Positions 1 through 10,609 of a stretch of 64,000 nt of DNA are shown one piece after another. The notes below the pieces were generated by a model, which searched no databases, was not told where the DNA came from, and was given only the letters and a program-made list of their open reading frames with translations. Numbering within the stretch: position 1 is the first letter of the stretch; each line of letters starts with the position of its first letter. The stretch is from positions 1,632,001 through 1,696,000 of the forward strand of contig OZ244197.1 in NCBI GenBank assembly GCA_965216785.1, in the 5' to 3' direction. The stretch is from Thermodesulfobacteriota bacterium. GTDB taxonomy: Bacteria; Desulfobacterota_D; UBA1144; Nemesobacterales; UBA2774. A program made the translations under genes and the position numbers.

Positions 1-539
1 CTCTGGGGAGACACATGAACCTGAATGATTCGGAGCTTTCAGTCCTGGCAAAGGGCGCTTTGCTTCATGATATCGGAAAGATAGGGGTGCCTGATAGCAT
101 ACTGCTCAAACCCGGCAAGCTTACGGACAAAGAATGGGAAATAATGCGTAAGCACGCGGAGCTTGGCTACACGATGCTTAAGAAAATAGAATTTCTGGAA
201 GAATCGGCGGCTATTGTTTATTCGCACCATGAGCATTTTAACGGTGACGGTTACCCCAAAGGTATTTCCGGTACTGATATACCTCTTGGAGCAAGAATCT
301 TCTCCATTGTAGACGCATTTGACGCTATGACCAGCAAGCGCGCCTACAGGGATGAGATGTCATCTGAAAAGGCGCTCGAGAGGATAAAAGAGGCTTCCGG
401 TACTCAGTTCGATCCCGAAATTGTAGAGGTGTTTATGAAGATCGAACTTAGTGTTTGGGAGGATATAAAAGAGAATATCGACGAATCCGGCTCAAACTTT
501 TTAAAGGGGCTTTTATTCGAGCTAAGCAAGTATAACTAA
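1..539 (+). CDS. HD-GYP domain protein (c-di-GMP phosphodiesterase-like), 5'-truncated by the window edge
   Basis: LLHDIGK and HHEHFNGDGYP motifs plus VDAFDAMTSKRAYR; the reading frame is open upstream of ATG15 to the window start. Confidence 0.9.
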   Translation, partial: LGRHMNLNDSELSVLAKGALLHDIGKIGVPDSILLKPGKLTDKEWEIMRKHAELGYTMLKKIEFLEESAAIVYSHHEHFNGDGYPKGISGTDIPLGARIFSIVDAFDAMTSKRAYRDEMSSEKALERIKEASGTQFDPEIVEVFMKIELSVWEDIKENIDESGSNFLKGLLFELSKYN

Positions 540-587
540 CGACTTTTCATACTCTCTGATTTAGATAAGTCTTTCTAAACAATAATC

Positions 588-2009
588 TTATAAACTTTTT
601 CTGAGTATCTCGTTTACTACCTTGGGGTTTGCTTTTCCCTGTGTTGCTTTCATTACCTGGCCGACGAGAAATCCCATGAGCTTGTCCTCTCCGGATTTGA
701 TTCTGGCTATTTCATCCGGGTGTTTGCTCAGTACATCTTTAACTATCGCCTCAATCTCGGATTGATCGGAGATCTGCTTGATCCCTTTTTTCTCTACAAT
801 TTCTTTGGCCGAAGCGCCCGAGCTTACCATTTCGGCGAATATATCTTTTGCCTGCTTTCCGCTTATAGTTCCTTTATCTATGAGACCGATCAGTTCTGAG
901 AGCATAGCCGGGGATATGGCAAAAGAGTCAATTTCTTCCTCTTCTTTTAATTCCCTCAGCACTTCGGTCATTATCCAGTTGCTTACGGTCTTGGGGTCGG
1001 CTCCGTCCTTGAGCGCGTCTTCAAAATAATCCGCAATCTCTTTTGATTCCGTAAGCACGCCTGCGTCGTACTCGGGCAGCTTGTATTCATTCATGAATCT
1101 CTCGTGTCTTTGCTCGGGGAGCTCAGGCAGTGTGGCTTTGATCTCCTCTATCATAGATTGCTCGATCACGACGGGCAGGAGGTCGGGGTCCGGGAAATAG
1201 CGGTAGTCGTGCGCCTCTTCTTTTGAGCGCATGGAGAACGTAACCCCTTTGTTAGCGTCAAAGAGTCTTGTTTCCTGCACTATCTCGCCGCCGGATTCAA
1301 GGGTCTGAATTTGGCGTCTGATTTCGTACTCTATGGCTTTTTGTACGAATTTGAAAGAGTTTACGTTTTTTATCTCGGCTTTTGTGCCGAGCTCCTTTGA
1401 GCCTTTGGGTCTGACGGACACGTTGGCATCGCAGCGGAGACTGCCCTCATCCATGTTGCCGTCGCACACTCCGATGTAGCGCACAATGGAGCGCATCTTC
1501 TTCATATACTCAACCGCCTCTTCAGGGCTTTCGATGTCGGGCTCGCTGACTATTTCTATGAGCGGCACGCCGGCTCGGTTTAGATCTACGTAGCTTACTC
1601 TGCCGGATTGGTCGTGGATCAGCTTTCCCGCGTCCTCTTCCATATGTATTCTGGTAATACGGACTCTCTTGGACTTGCCGTTTACATTAATGTCGAGCCA
1701 GCCCCCGGAGGAGAAAGGCTCCTCGTACTGGGATATCTGATAGCCCTTGGGCAGATCTGGGTAAAAGTAATTTTTGCGCGCGAACCGGGAAGTCGTGTGA
1801 AGCTCGCAGTTAAGCGCAATTGCGGCGCGCACCGCGTACTCGAGCGCTCTTTTATTTAGCACGGGCAGTACTCCGGGCATGCCGAGGCATATCGGGCTTA
1901 CCTGTGAATTAGGCGTCCCGCCGAACTCAGTTGAGGTCGGGGAGAATATTTTAGATTCAGTGCTTAGCTGCGCGTGCACTTCAAGTCCTATAACCGGCTC
2001 AAATTCCAT
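588..2009 (-). CDS. gatB: Asp-tRNA(Asn)/Glu-tRNA(Gln) amidotransferase subunit B
   Basis: VIGLEVHAQL, RKNYFYPDLPKGYQISQ, HMEEDAGK and DYRYFPDPDL motifs; C-terminal YqeY-like tail. Confidence 0.98.
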   Translation of the reverse strand: MEFEPVIGLEVHAQLSTESKIFSPTSTEFGGTPNSQVSPICLGMPGVLPVLNKRALEYAVRAAIALNCELHTTSRFARKNYFYPDLPKGYQISQYEEPFSSGGWLDINVNGKSKRVRITRIHMEEDAGKLIHDQSGRVSYVDLNRAGVPLIEIVSEPDIESPEEAVEYMKKMRSIVRYIGVCDGNMDEGSLRCDANVSVRPKGSKELGTKAEIKNVNSFKFVQKAIEYEIRRQIQTLESGGEIVQETRLFDANKGVTFSMRSKEEAHDYRYFPDPDLLPVVIEQSMIEEIKATLPELPEQRHERFMNEYKLPEYDAGVLTESKEIADYFEDALKDGADPKTVSNWIMTEVLRELKEEEEIDSFAISPAMLSELIGLIDKGTISGKQAKDIFAEMVSSGASAKEIVEKKGIKQISDQSEIEAIVKDVLSKHPDEIARIKSGEDKLMGFLVGQVMKATQGKANPKVVNEILRKSL

Positions 2010-2079
2010 TTCATTAGCTCCTATTTCAGTTAAATTAATACTGATTGATCAGGGGTAATTGTCAAGGAAAAGGTGTGAA

Positions 2080-2745
2080 ATGAGCTCAAATTCAGTGTTG
2101 GTAATATCTCCTCATCCGGACGATCTGGAGATCGGAATGGGGGGGACAGTCGCGAAAATGATAGATAGCGGTAGGGAAGTAGCGTCACTTGTGATTACGG
2201 ACGGCAGGAGGAGCACATCCGCGGCAGGGTTAAATGAGGATCAGGTGGCGGAGCTTAGAAAACAAGAGGTACGCGAGGCCACGGGGATACTGGGGCTTAA
2301 CTATCTAGTGCTGCTCGACCTATGGGATGCTTCCGCGGACAATCTGAGCGTGCTTAAGGAAGAGTTTGCCAAGATTTGCGAAAAGGCTCACCCCTCTGAG
2401 ATTTATATTCCACACCCTGAAATCGACAAGCACCCTACTCACCGCGCCGTGTCTAAAGCTGTACTTGAAAAGATGCGGGAGGTCTCTCAGGCAGGGGCTG
2501 AAGTAGCAGAAAGCATATGGTGTTATGAGGTATGGACCCCGTTTCCGAGCTATGACCGCATTGAAGATATAACTGAGTACGTAGAGGTAAAAACGGCGGC
2601 TATTAACGCCCACGCGAGCCAGCTCGAGTATAAAAACTATACCGAGGGCATACTTGGACTAAACCGATACAGGGCAGTGTTTGACGAGAGGCACGGTGTG
2701 ACGGACGAGCTTTACGCTGAGGTTTTTATGAAACTTGAGATTTAA
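2080..2745 (+). CDS. PIG-L/LmbE family deacetylase
   Basis: SPHPDDLEIGMGG, TDG, HPTH and AHASQ motifs; ATG2080 follows a purine-rich RBS. Confidence 0.88.
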   Translation: MSSNSVLVISPHPDDLEIGMGGTVAKMIDSGREVASLVITDGRRSTSAAGLNEDQVAELRKQEVREATGILGLNYLVLLDLWDASADNLSVLKEEFAKICEKAHPSEIYIPHPEIDKHPTHRAVSKAVLEKMREVSQAGAEVAESIWCYEVWTPFPSYDRIEDITEYVEVKTAAINAHASQLEYKNYTEGILGLNRYRAVFDERHGVTDELYAEVFMKLEI

Positions 2746-2775
2746 TCCTATGGCGCGGGCGGTATTTTCAGGTGC

Positions 2776-3426
2776 TTACTTCGGGATATAACCCCTTTTC
2801 ATACTCCAGAGCAGCATGTCCAACTCTTCTATTTCTACTCCCAGCTCCTTTGCGAAATTCTGCATATTCGCCTCTGCCTCAAGATATCTCTTCTTAGAGC
2901 TCGGAGGCTTGTCTGAATCGATAACGCCGAGCTTGTGGAGCATCCCAACGACGTTCCTGTCCAGAACCGCGTAGCCTTTAAACCCTATATTCCTGAGAAA
3001 GTGGCTTGCCTGTGTGAGCCCGAGGCCTTTTATATTTTTATTGAGCGCGAAGAAATCTCTTCTCTCCTCGGGACCATCGAACGAATCGACAAGCTTCCTC
3101 AACTTGAGATCGTAGTCCTTTTGCAGGTAGTCGACTGTGTGGACTATGTAGGCTGCTTTTTCGGGGTATTTGTGAACTCCCTTCAGCCTTTCGTAAAGCT
3201 CCTGCTCGCTCCCGACGGTCAGAATGTCCTGAATTGCGTGGAGGGACTTCATCCCGACCTTGGGGCCTACTGCCGAGGTGAGTATGCAGAAGCAGAGCTC
3301 CTCCAGAATACGGGTGTCGTCCGCGTTTTCACGGACGTATTCGAACTCCACGAGCCGGTCTTTTATCTCTTCTTGTTTGTCGGAGTATAGCGCTTTTAGT
3401 TCTTGAGTTATTTCGGAACTCACCAT
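2776..3426 (-). CDS. ogg: Ogg2-type N-glycosylase/DNA lyase (8-oxoguanine DNA glycosylase family) with a variant active site
   Basis: ELCFCILT, KGLGxxxASHFLRNIG, VLDR and LDMLLW motifs, and a C-terminal Lys. Confidence 0.8.
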   Translation of the reverse strand: MVSSEITQELKALYSDKQEEIKDRLVEFEYVRENADDTRILEELCFCILTSAVGPKVGMKSLHAIQDILTVGSEQELYERLKGVHKYPEKAAYIVHTVDYLQKDYDLKLRKLVDSFDGPEERRDFFALNKNIKGLGLTQASHFLRNIGFKGYAVLDRNVVGMLHKLGVIDSDKPPSSKKRYLEAEANMQNFAKELGVEIEELDMLLWSMKRGYIPK

Positions 3427-3491
3427 ATGGCTAAGTCTAGCATTTACGGCTAAGGGGGCAAAGCGGCGGGTCTGATCGTTTTCAAGATAGC

Positions 3492-4337
3492 TCAGAGCTT
3501 AAGCTCAATAAAGAAAGAAGTAATCCATACAGCAAGAGTGAGGAATCCAAAAGTAATCACCACCACGCCGAGCTTCTTGCCGAGCGAAATGTCGGGTTTT
3601 TTAGACATATCCATCTTCATGCCCTTCATGTCTCCCATGTCTCCGTGTCCAATGGGTTTGCTTGACGCGGCTGTCATCATGCCGTGTTTTAGCCCGCTCC
3701 TGACGAGCCAGGAGTTTATGGGATAGGCCGTGAGTCCGCCCGCTATTGTGGCCACGGACGCGATGCCCCAGAACATAAGCCCCTTTGGGTCGTCCCCGCC
3801 GGGGATAAGCCCGCGCATGATGGCCATCACAGGGATCATGCCCACCATGACCATGTTCATGGATACGGTCTCAGAGAAAATGGTCTTTTTGATAGCTACG
3901 AAATAGTTTCCTCCGAGCATCGATTTCATGAATAGGGCCTGGAATACCAAAAGACCGAATAAATATGCGGTCGAATACTCGATTATAAGATCGAGCCCGT
4001 TTGGAAGACCTATCTGAAACGTAACTATGGCCGCAAGGATAATACCGGTGGCATCTCCTGCGATACAGTGGATCATGGATCCTATGGACTGTTTCCAGTG
4101 GTCCTTTATGAACTCGCCATGCGATTCAGCTAGTGGCTGGCGGCAGGTGATTAAAAATATAAACAGCCCGAAAGGGCCCGTGTACAATACGATAAGGAAC
4201 CAGGCGAGCTTCATTATCCCCATAGACGGGGTGTTGGTATGAAGATCGTAGAGCAAGAATATCAATGACAGCCCTGTGAGTATGAACCATAGGAGCAGTA
4301 CTCCTCCCGCGATTGAATCAGGTATTAAAGCTTCCAT
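3492..4337 (-). CDS. DUF4396 family membrane protein with a Met/His-rich loop
   Basis: HCIAGDATG, ETVSMNMVM and AYPINSWLVRSGLKHGM motifs; several TM helices. Confidence 0.8.
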   Translation of the reverse strand: MEALIPDSIAGGVLLLWFILTGLSLIFLLYDLHTNTPSMGIMKLAWFLIVLYTGPFGLFIFLITCRQPLAESHGEFIKDHWKQSIGSMIHCIAGDATGIILAAIVTFQIGLPNGLDLIIEYSTAYLFGLLVFQALFMKSMLGGNYFVAIKKTIFSETVSMNMVMVGMIPVMAIMRGLIPGGDDPKGLMFWGIASVATIAGGLTAYPINSWLVRSGLKHGMMTAASSKPIGHGDMGDMKGMKMDMSKKPDISLGKKLGVVVITFGFLTLAVWITSFFIELKL

Positions 4338-4380
4338 TATTCACCTATATTATATTCCCCCCACCGTAGATTTAATTGCC

Positions 4381-4410
4381 ATTATCTCACGAAAGTAATC
4401 TTGTTGTCAA
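4381..4410 (-). promoter_or_regulatory. sigma70-like promoter for the DUF4396 gene
   Basis: Minus strand reads TTGACA-N18-GATAAT, about 45 bp upstream of the ATG. Confidence 0.5.
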
Positions 4411-4473
4411 CAACGCCCGTGATTATTAATCTCACACGGTATATCGAAATGTATCTTATAATGATTCATACTA

Positions 4474-6716
4474 ATGAAAATGAACCTGCCGGCTTATTTA
4501 AAAGAATTCCGCGTTAAATCGGCGCTAAAGGTCGCGCTGGCCGCGGTAATTTGCGTGCTGATAAATAATATCTTTCACCTTGACGCGGTATACCTGGCGG
4601 AGCTGTACACTTTTTTGATATTGACACTATTTCATGGACAAGCCTTCAAAGTAGGCATCGAGTCACTTGTCGTGGCAATAGTATTTGGCGCCCTGAGTCT
4701 TTTGATCACATATCTTTTCCTTGAGTCAAAAATATTGTATTTGGTCCTTATGAGCTTAGTGCTCTTTTTGTGTATGACGTTTATTAAAAATATTTTCTCG
4801 CGGTTTTGCTAACGGGTGTGCTCATAGCAATAACAACCTATATGGGTATAAATGAATCACTAACCGTGGCCACGGTTACGGCTAAGAATTTTGTATTGCA
4901 GATGGTTTTGGCTGTTATTGTTTGCTGGATAGTAGACGATTATATATGGCCTCACAGGAGCCGGAAAACTTTTGACCTGACGCTTTCCACAATATTTTCA
5001 GAGCTCGGTAATCTCTACGAAAACTATACTTCGGAGGATATAAGCACAAGGTATAACCACCATTCCATATCTACCGCTTTCGTTACTTTCTCGGGCCTCA
5101 TGAATGTGCTTAAGAGGGTGGAGAGCGAGGAGGGTAAGAATAATTACTTTCCTGACGGCGCTTATATAAAGATTATCACTTTCACAAGAGGAATCTTTGT
5201 TAAGACCGAGGTTTTAGAGGAATATGTGCTTAAAAAACACGTGTTTTTGAGTGACGAGAGTGTATCTTCAGAACTAAATAAAATTTTACACAATTTCTCA
5301 GAGCGTCTTACAGAGCTCTCTAATGCAGTTTCCGAAAACCGGGCCGCGCGTCTTAAGAGTGATGATATTGAAAGCTCTATTAACTCTTTACACAGCGTCT
5401 ATAGGAGTATGCATGAGGTAAAGGGAGAGGAGCCTCAGTATTACGAAGACCTACTTGCTTTCGGCGCCATGCTTCCCGTGCTGGACGATGTTTCGTTAAA
5501 GCTAAGTAAAATCGAGAAATTCTATAACTTAATTGAGAGAAATGAGTACCGTGAGCTGATGGAGCTCCGCGTAACTCACGCGCCTAAAGTCGAAGAGATG
5601 AAAACGAAACCCTTTTTTCAGTTTAATGATGAAACCGTTAAGGTAGGTATCAGGACCGTGATAATATTCTGGCTTCTCCTGCTCGGACAGGCGACAATAA
5701 ATCTTCCGGGCGGCGCGCTTGTTTCTTTTTACGCAATATTATTCGGCATCATCCCAAACCTGGGTCAGGCGTTTATGAAAAGCTGGTACGGTATTGGGGG
5801 AATTGTGTCCGGGATACTTTATGGATTGGTGGCCCTTGCGATTATCTCGGTCGCGACTCATTTTATAATATTGATACTATTATTCTGTATAGGTTTCTTT
5901 CTGGCCTCATACGCGACGACGAGCCCGAGGGATATATCTGCCGCGGGTCTTCAGGCAGGGCTCGTAATACCCTATGCGCTTTTGTACACAACCGGGCCCC
6001 AGGTCGATCTGGACGCTGCTTTGACGCGTTTCCTGGCCCTGCTTTCCGCCGCGTTTGTCGGGCTGATAGTTCTACACCTTGCCTGGCCTGTAAACCCTTA
6101 TACACAGCTGCAAAAAAATATATCAAAATCCCTACGTGTAAGCGGCGGCATATTGAGCAGGCTTCTAATGCTCGATATAAAGGACAAAGATATGATAGAT
6201 GCAAAGGTACTTCCATTAGCAGCTTCACTTCCTACGAGCAGCGCGCTTCTTCACGACGCCGAGTATATTATGCGAGAAGAAAAGCTTCACTCAGATGAGT
6301 ACATACATATAATAGAATCACTGGAAGAGATGTTTGCCGACCTCGCAACCGTAAAGAGGACGGTTTACAGTCATCTGGACAGCGAGCTTTTTCATTTGTA
6401 CCTGGATCATATGTCTGATGATTATAGGAAGCTTTGCGAGTATTTTGATCAAGCATCTTCACTTTTCGGATCTTCGGTAGCGGATATTCCCACAAAAATT
6501 TCAGAATTGAAAGTTAAGATTGAAGAGGACAGACGCGTGTTCAGAGACTCAGACGTTTGGAGAAAATATGAGCCTCGGGATGTTGAAATGAATGTTCTTC
6601 TGTCCACAAACGTAGACAATCTGTTGGAAGCTCTTTATAAAACGTCCTGCTGTTTGAATAGTATAAACGGCATTGAGCCTGAGCATAAGCTGACGCTCCA
6701 AGCTTCAGAGACATAG
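4474..6716 (+). pseudogene. FUSC-family (fusaric/aromatic acid exporter) inner membrane protein, split by a frameshift in an A5 run at 4786-4790
   Basis: ORFs 4474-4812 and 4806-6716 join seamlessly (MTFIKKYFLAVLLTGV) if one A is added; duplicated TM-bundle plus helical architecture; HlyD-family gene downstream. Confidence 0.75.
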
Positions 6717-6829
6717 CCCGGGGTATTGCAGGTACTTTGAATTGTTGTACAATTTCCGCTTTTAATTCTAAACATACGGACTATAATTGAATCTCAGGCT
6801 CTGTGGCAGAGCTTTCAACATAAAAAGAT

Positions 6830-8101
6830 ATGGATCTATTCACAGTTTTCGCGATACTGATTACGCTTACCGCCGTATTCAGTTTTTTAAATGTGGTATA
6901 CATAAAGCTGCCCTCGACAGTGGGGGTGATGCTTGCCTCTCTAATTTCCTCCCTTGTAATTATCGTATCAGGATATCTGGGTTTCGGCGGTATTGACTGG
7001 GCAGTAAAGCTTGTGGAGGCTGCCGACTTTAACCATTTGGTGATGAACGGGCTTTTAAGCTTTTTACTCTTTGCGGCCGCGTCGAGGGTGAATATCTCTG
7101 ATTTACATGAATACAAGTGGACTATCGCTTATCTGGCGACTGTGGGAATTATTATTTCCACTATATTTATAGGGTTTACCATTCACTGGATATTCGCACT
7201 TTTCGGTAAAGAATTCCCCCTTATATATTCAATTATTTTCGGGGCTATTATCTCCCCGATAGACGCTGTAGTTGTGCTCAGGCTTCTAAAGCAGGTTAAT
7301 GCCAGTAAGGCGCTCGAGACCATTATCACAGGGGAGTCTCTTTTTAACGATGCTGTCGCGGTAGTGCTGTTCGTGTTTCTGGTTGCCATAGCGGGCGGTA
7401 ATGCGGAGCTTACGGGCGCGGACATTGTTAGATTCTTTATTAAAGAGGCCTTGGGGGGTCTGTTCCTGGGACTGTTCTTCGGGTACTTAGCTCACAGGAT
7501 GATTGTGAAAATAATAAAAGAAGGCTCTAACAACCATATTGTAATCGTACTAGTTACGCTTGCGCTAGTGTCCGGAGCATACGCGGTGGCAGAGCTTGTA
7601 GACGTGTCGGCCCCGCTCACAAGCGTGGTCGCCGGACTTTTCCTGGCAAAGAGCAGGATTCATAAATACGCTGAAGAAGAGCCTATGCACGTACGGTATG
7701 TGCATGATTTCTGGGATGTAATCGACGAAGTGCTTAACGCTCTCCTGTTTGTGTTGATAGGTCTTGAAGTGCTCGTGCTGAATTTTCAAAAGACTTTTAT
7801 TGTAGGCTGTATATTGGTTATACCTGTGATTATCATTGCCAGGTACATCAGTGTCGAGGTCCCGTTATTGTTCCTTAGGTACTTTAGAAAGCTGCCGTCC
7901 TTAAAAGGGTTTGTTATGACATGGTGCGGGCTAAGGGGCGGAGTATCTATAGCGCTTGCACTTTCGCTGCCAAGCTCGGATCATAGGGATGTTATTTTGG
8001 TTCTGACCTATATCGTGGTTGTATTTTCAATTTTCGTTCAGGGGCTTACACTCGAAAGAGCGATAAATTGGGCAAGGTCAAGAGAGCACCGAGTAAAATA
8101 A
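6830..8101 (+). CDS. CPA1 (NhaP-type) Na+/H+ antiporter
   Basis: FGAIISPID, ITGESLFND and GLRGGVSIALALSLP motifs; about 12 TM helices. Confidence 0.92.
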   Translation: MDLFTVFAILITLTAVFSFLNVVYIKLPSTVGVMLASLISSLVIIVSGYLGFGGIDWAVKLVEAADFNHLVMNGLLSFLLFAAASRVNISDLHEYKWTIAYLATVGIIISTIFIGFTIHWIFALFGKEFPLIYSIIFGAIISPIDAVVVLRLLKQVNASKALETIITGESLFNDAVAVVLFVFLVAIAGGNAELTGADIVRFFIKEALGGLFLGLFFGYLAHRMIVKIIKEGSNNHIVIVLVTLALVSGAYAVAELVDVSAPLTSVVAGLFLAKSRIHKYAEEEPMHVRYVHDFWDVIDEVLNALLFVLIGLEVLVLNFQKTFIVGCILVIPVIIIARYISVEVPLLFLRYFRKLPSLKGFVMTWCGLRGGVSIALALSLPSSDHRDVILVLTYIVVVFSIFVQGLTLERAINWARSREHRVK

Positions 8102-8200
8102 AGGCATTATTGGCTTATAATTAAATAGATGTTAGGTTTTAATCAACGTCGTACAATTGTATATCAATTGGTCAGGTCATTAATTTGCATTACGGAGGAA

Positions 8201-8617
8201 ATGATGAAACTGAGAATGACACCCGGAATTTGTGCTCTAGCCGTGCTAAGTGTGTTTTTCCTGATGAGCTGCGCCGCAATAAAGTCACAGGACGCACAAT
8301 CCACCGAGGAGCTCTTGAGCGCCGCGGGATTTGTTATGATTCCCGCACAAACGCCTGAGGAGCTTGCGAACCTTAACTCACTGACCCCCCTTAAAGTCGA
8401 GTTTAGTGTAAAAGATAATAAACCCCTTTACTGGTATGCGGACCCATATAGCTGTAAGTGCGTCTACACCGGGGACCAGGCAGCTTACGACCGTTATCAG
8501 AAACTCAATGTCGAGCAGAATATCGCGGACGAGGAGCAGGACGCGGCTCTCATGAACGAGCAGGCGGCTGCGGACGCCAACATGTGGGGATGGCTCGGCG
8601 GTCCGTGGGGTTGGTAA
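8201..8617 (+). CDS. hypothetical lipoprotein
   Basis: GGAGG RBS before ATG8201/8204; LMSC lipobox; CKC motif; Trp/Gly-rich C-terminus. Confidence 0.75.
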   Translation: MMKLRMTPGICALAVLSVFFLMSCAAIKSQDAQSTEELLSAAGFVMIPAQTPEELANLNSLTPLKVEFSVKDNKPLYWYADPYSCKCVYTGDQAAYDRYQKLNVEQNIADEEQDAALMNEQAAADANMWGWLGGPWGW

Positions 8618-8673
8618 TACTGCTTTAAGAATTTTGTATTTTGAGATTGGTCATTTAGTAACCCGGGCCTCAG

Positions 8674-9783
8674 ATGAAACTCAACGATTTCATAGCCAAA
8701 CTGGGTATTAAAAACCCCGAGCACACCACTAGATTCTGGGTTCTCCTGATAGTTTGTATAATAGTGGTTCTGATCATCTATTACGCTCTTTTAGACCGAT
8801 ATACGCCTTACACTAGCGACGCGTATATACAGGCCTATGTCGTGCAGGTCGCCCCTCAGGTGGAAGGACGGGTGATAGGCGTATATGTGGAGAATAACCA
8901 GTACGTCGAAGAGGGTGAGAAGCTCTTCAGTCTCGATCCCCGCCCATTTGAATATCGGGTGGAGCAGCAGCAGGCGGAGCTTGTACAGGCAAGACAGGAA
9001 GTCGATCAGTACGAGAGTGATATCGAGGCTGCGGCGCAAGTTGTGAAGGAGTCTCAGGCAAATCTCTCCTACGCTCAAAAACTATACGATGACTTGCGGC
9101 CCCTTGCGGAAAAGAATTACGTAGCCCAAATTGAGCTTGATCAGGCGATTGATAAGTTAAATTCCCAAAAAGCCGTGCTGAAGCAATCCATCGCTGAGTA
9201 TGAGCGCACAAAGCAGGCGCTCGAATACACGATTGACGGAGAGTTTGCCCTCATCAGACAGATGGAATCGCAGCTTTCCTATTACCTCTACCAGCTCGAG
9301 CAGACCACAGTATATTCCTCTACGGACGGGTTCGTCACTAACCTGCAGCTCGTGAGCGGCTCGTATATAGACGTTGGGGACCCTGTGCTGACGCTTGTAG
9401 ACGATGAAGGCTGGTGGGTCGTGGCTAACTTCAGAGAGAACAGCGTCGGAAGAATAAGAGAGGGGCAGACAGCCGAAATATCCATTGCTATGTATCCGGG
9501 GAAGATATTCAAAGCCCGTATCGAAAGCGCCGACTGGGGAGTAAGCAAAGGACAGGGAATACCCTCCGGCGATCTTCCGGACGTGGAAAACCCCGAGAAC
9601 TGGATAAGCGTAACACAGCGTTTTCCCGTGAGGCTAAGTATTACAAACCTGAACGGAGACGAATACCCGCTTCGAATAGGGGGGTCTGTGAGCGTGGCTG
9701 TATATACGGGCAGGAATTTCATACTGAACGGCCTTGCCGGGCTCTGGCTCAGGATAGGGAGCCTGGTCGATTATTTCTATTAG
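8674..9783 (+). CDS. HlyD/EmrA-family membrane fusion protein
   Basis: N-terminal TM, TPYTSDAY, VAPQVEGRV, coiled coil, ANFREN and QRFPVRL motifs. Confidence 0.92.
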   Translation: MKLNDFIAKLGIKNPEHTTRFWVLLIVCIIVVLIIYYALLDRYTPYTSDAYIQAYVVQVAPQVEGRVIGVYVENNQYVEEGEKLFSLDPRPFEYRVEQQQAELVQARQEVDQYESDIEAAAQVVKESQANLSYAQKLYDDLRPLAEKNYVAQIELDQAIDKLNSQKAVLKQSIAEYERTKQALEYTIDGEFALIRQMESQLSYYLYQLEQTTVYSSTDGFVTNLQLVSGSYIDVGDPVLTLVDDEGWWVVANFRENSVGRIREGQTAEISIAMYPGKIFKARIESADWGVSKGQGIPSGDLPDVENPENWISVTQRFPVRLSITNLNGDEYPLRIGGSVSVAVYTGRNFILNGLAGLWLRIGSLVDYFY

Positions 9784-9822
9784 GGGCGCAGGTGAATTTG
9801 AAACCCTGTTTTCAAACCTATT

Positions 9823-10512
9823 TTATAAAAGTTTAAATATCGTCCAGAGGATTTTATAGCCCGCTTTAAATGTGCCGTTAAGGGTGCCTGTGATCTTTGA
9901 TACTCCGATTCTTTTCCTATAGCTCACAGGTACTTCCGTGCACCGAAACCCGGATTTTGCGGCTTTTACCTGCATCTCGACAGTCCATCCGTATGTAGTG
10001 TCCGCCATTTGAAGCTCTAACAGCTTATCAAACTTTATTGCCCTGAATGGACCGAGGTCCGTGAATTTTACGCCGTAAAGAAGTTTTATGAGCGTTGTAG
10101 CGAGCGCATTTCCGAACCTAGCCTGCGGGAGCAGGGCGCCCCGCTCTGCTTTTCCTAATTTCCGGGACCCTATGACCATATCGTAGTCTTCATCAATTAT
10201 GGGTTTTACAAGTTCTGTCATTTCCCCGGGGTAGTCTGAATAATCACCATCGAGGAACACTATTATGTCCGGCCGCTCGTTTATCTTCTCGGCGTACTCG
10301 ATTCCCTTGAGACACGCCTGACCGTAGCCTCTTTTGGGCTCGTCCAGTACCGTAGCACCGTGGGACTTTGCCACTTCAGGGGTGCTGTCAGTAGAAGCGT
10401 TATTGACTACGACGACTTCCCGTGCCAGGTCCTCGGGTAAATCGGCCAGGACTTTGCCGATGGAGTCTTGTTCGTTGTATGCTGGGATGATTACGAGGAT
10501 ATTGGGGGTCAT
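9823..10512 (-). CDS. GT2 glycosyltransferase (DPM1-like)
   Basis: IIPAYNE, NASTD, RGYG, FLDGD and TDLGPFRAI motifs. Confidence 0.92.
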   Translation of the reverse strand: MTPNILVIIPAYNEQDSIGKVLADLPEDLAREVVVVNNASTDSTPEVAKSHGATVLDEPKRGYGQACLKGIEYAEKINERPDIIVFLDGDYSDYPGEMTELVKPIIDEDYDMVIGSRKLGKAERGALLPQARFGNALATTLIKLLYGVKFTDLGPFRAIKFDKLLELQMADTTYGWTVEMQVKAAKSGFRCTEVPVSYRKRIGVSKITGTLNGTFKAGYKILWTIFKLL

Positions 10513-10609
10513 CTGTTAGCTGTTTATTCTTTAGGATTTGGTTAAATACTACCTGGTCAACTATATTTGACGAACCGTCAAAATATTTGGTATGGATATA
10601 TTATTCTTT

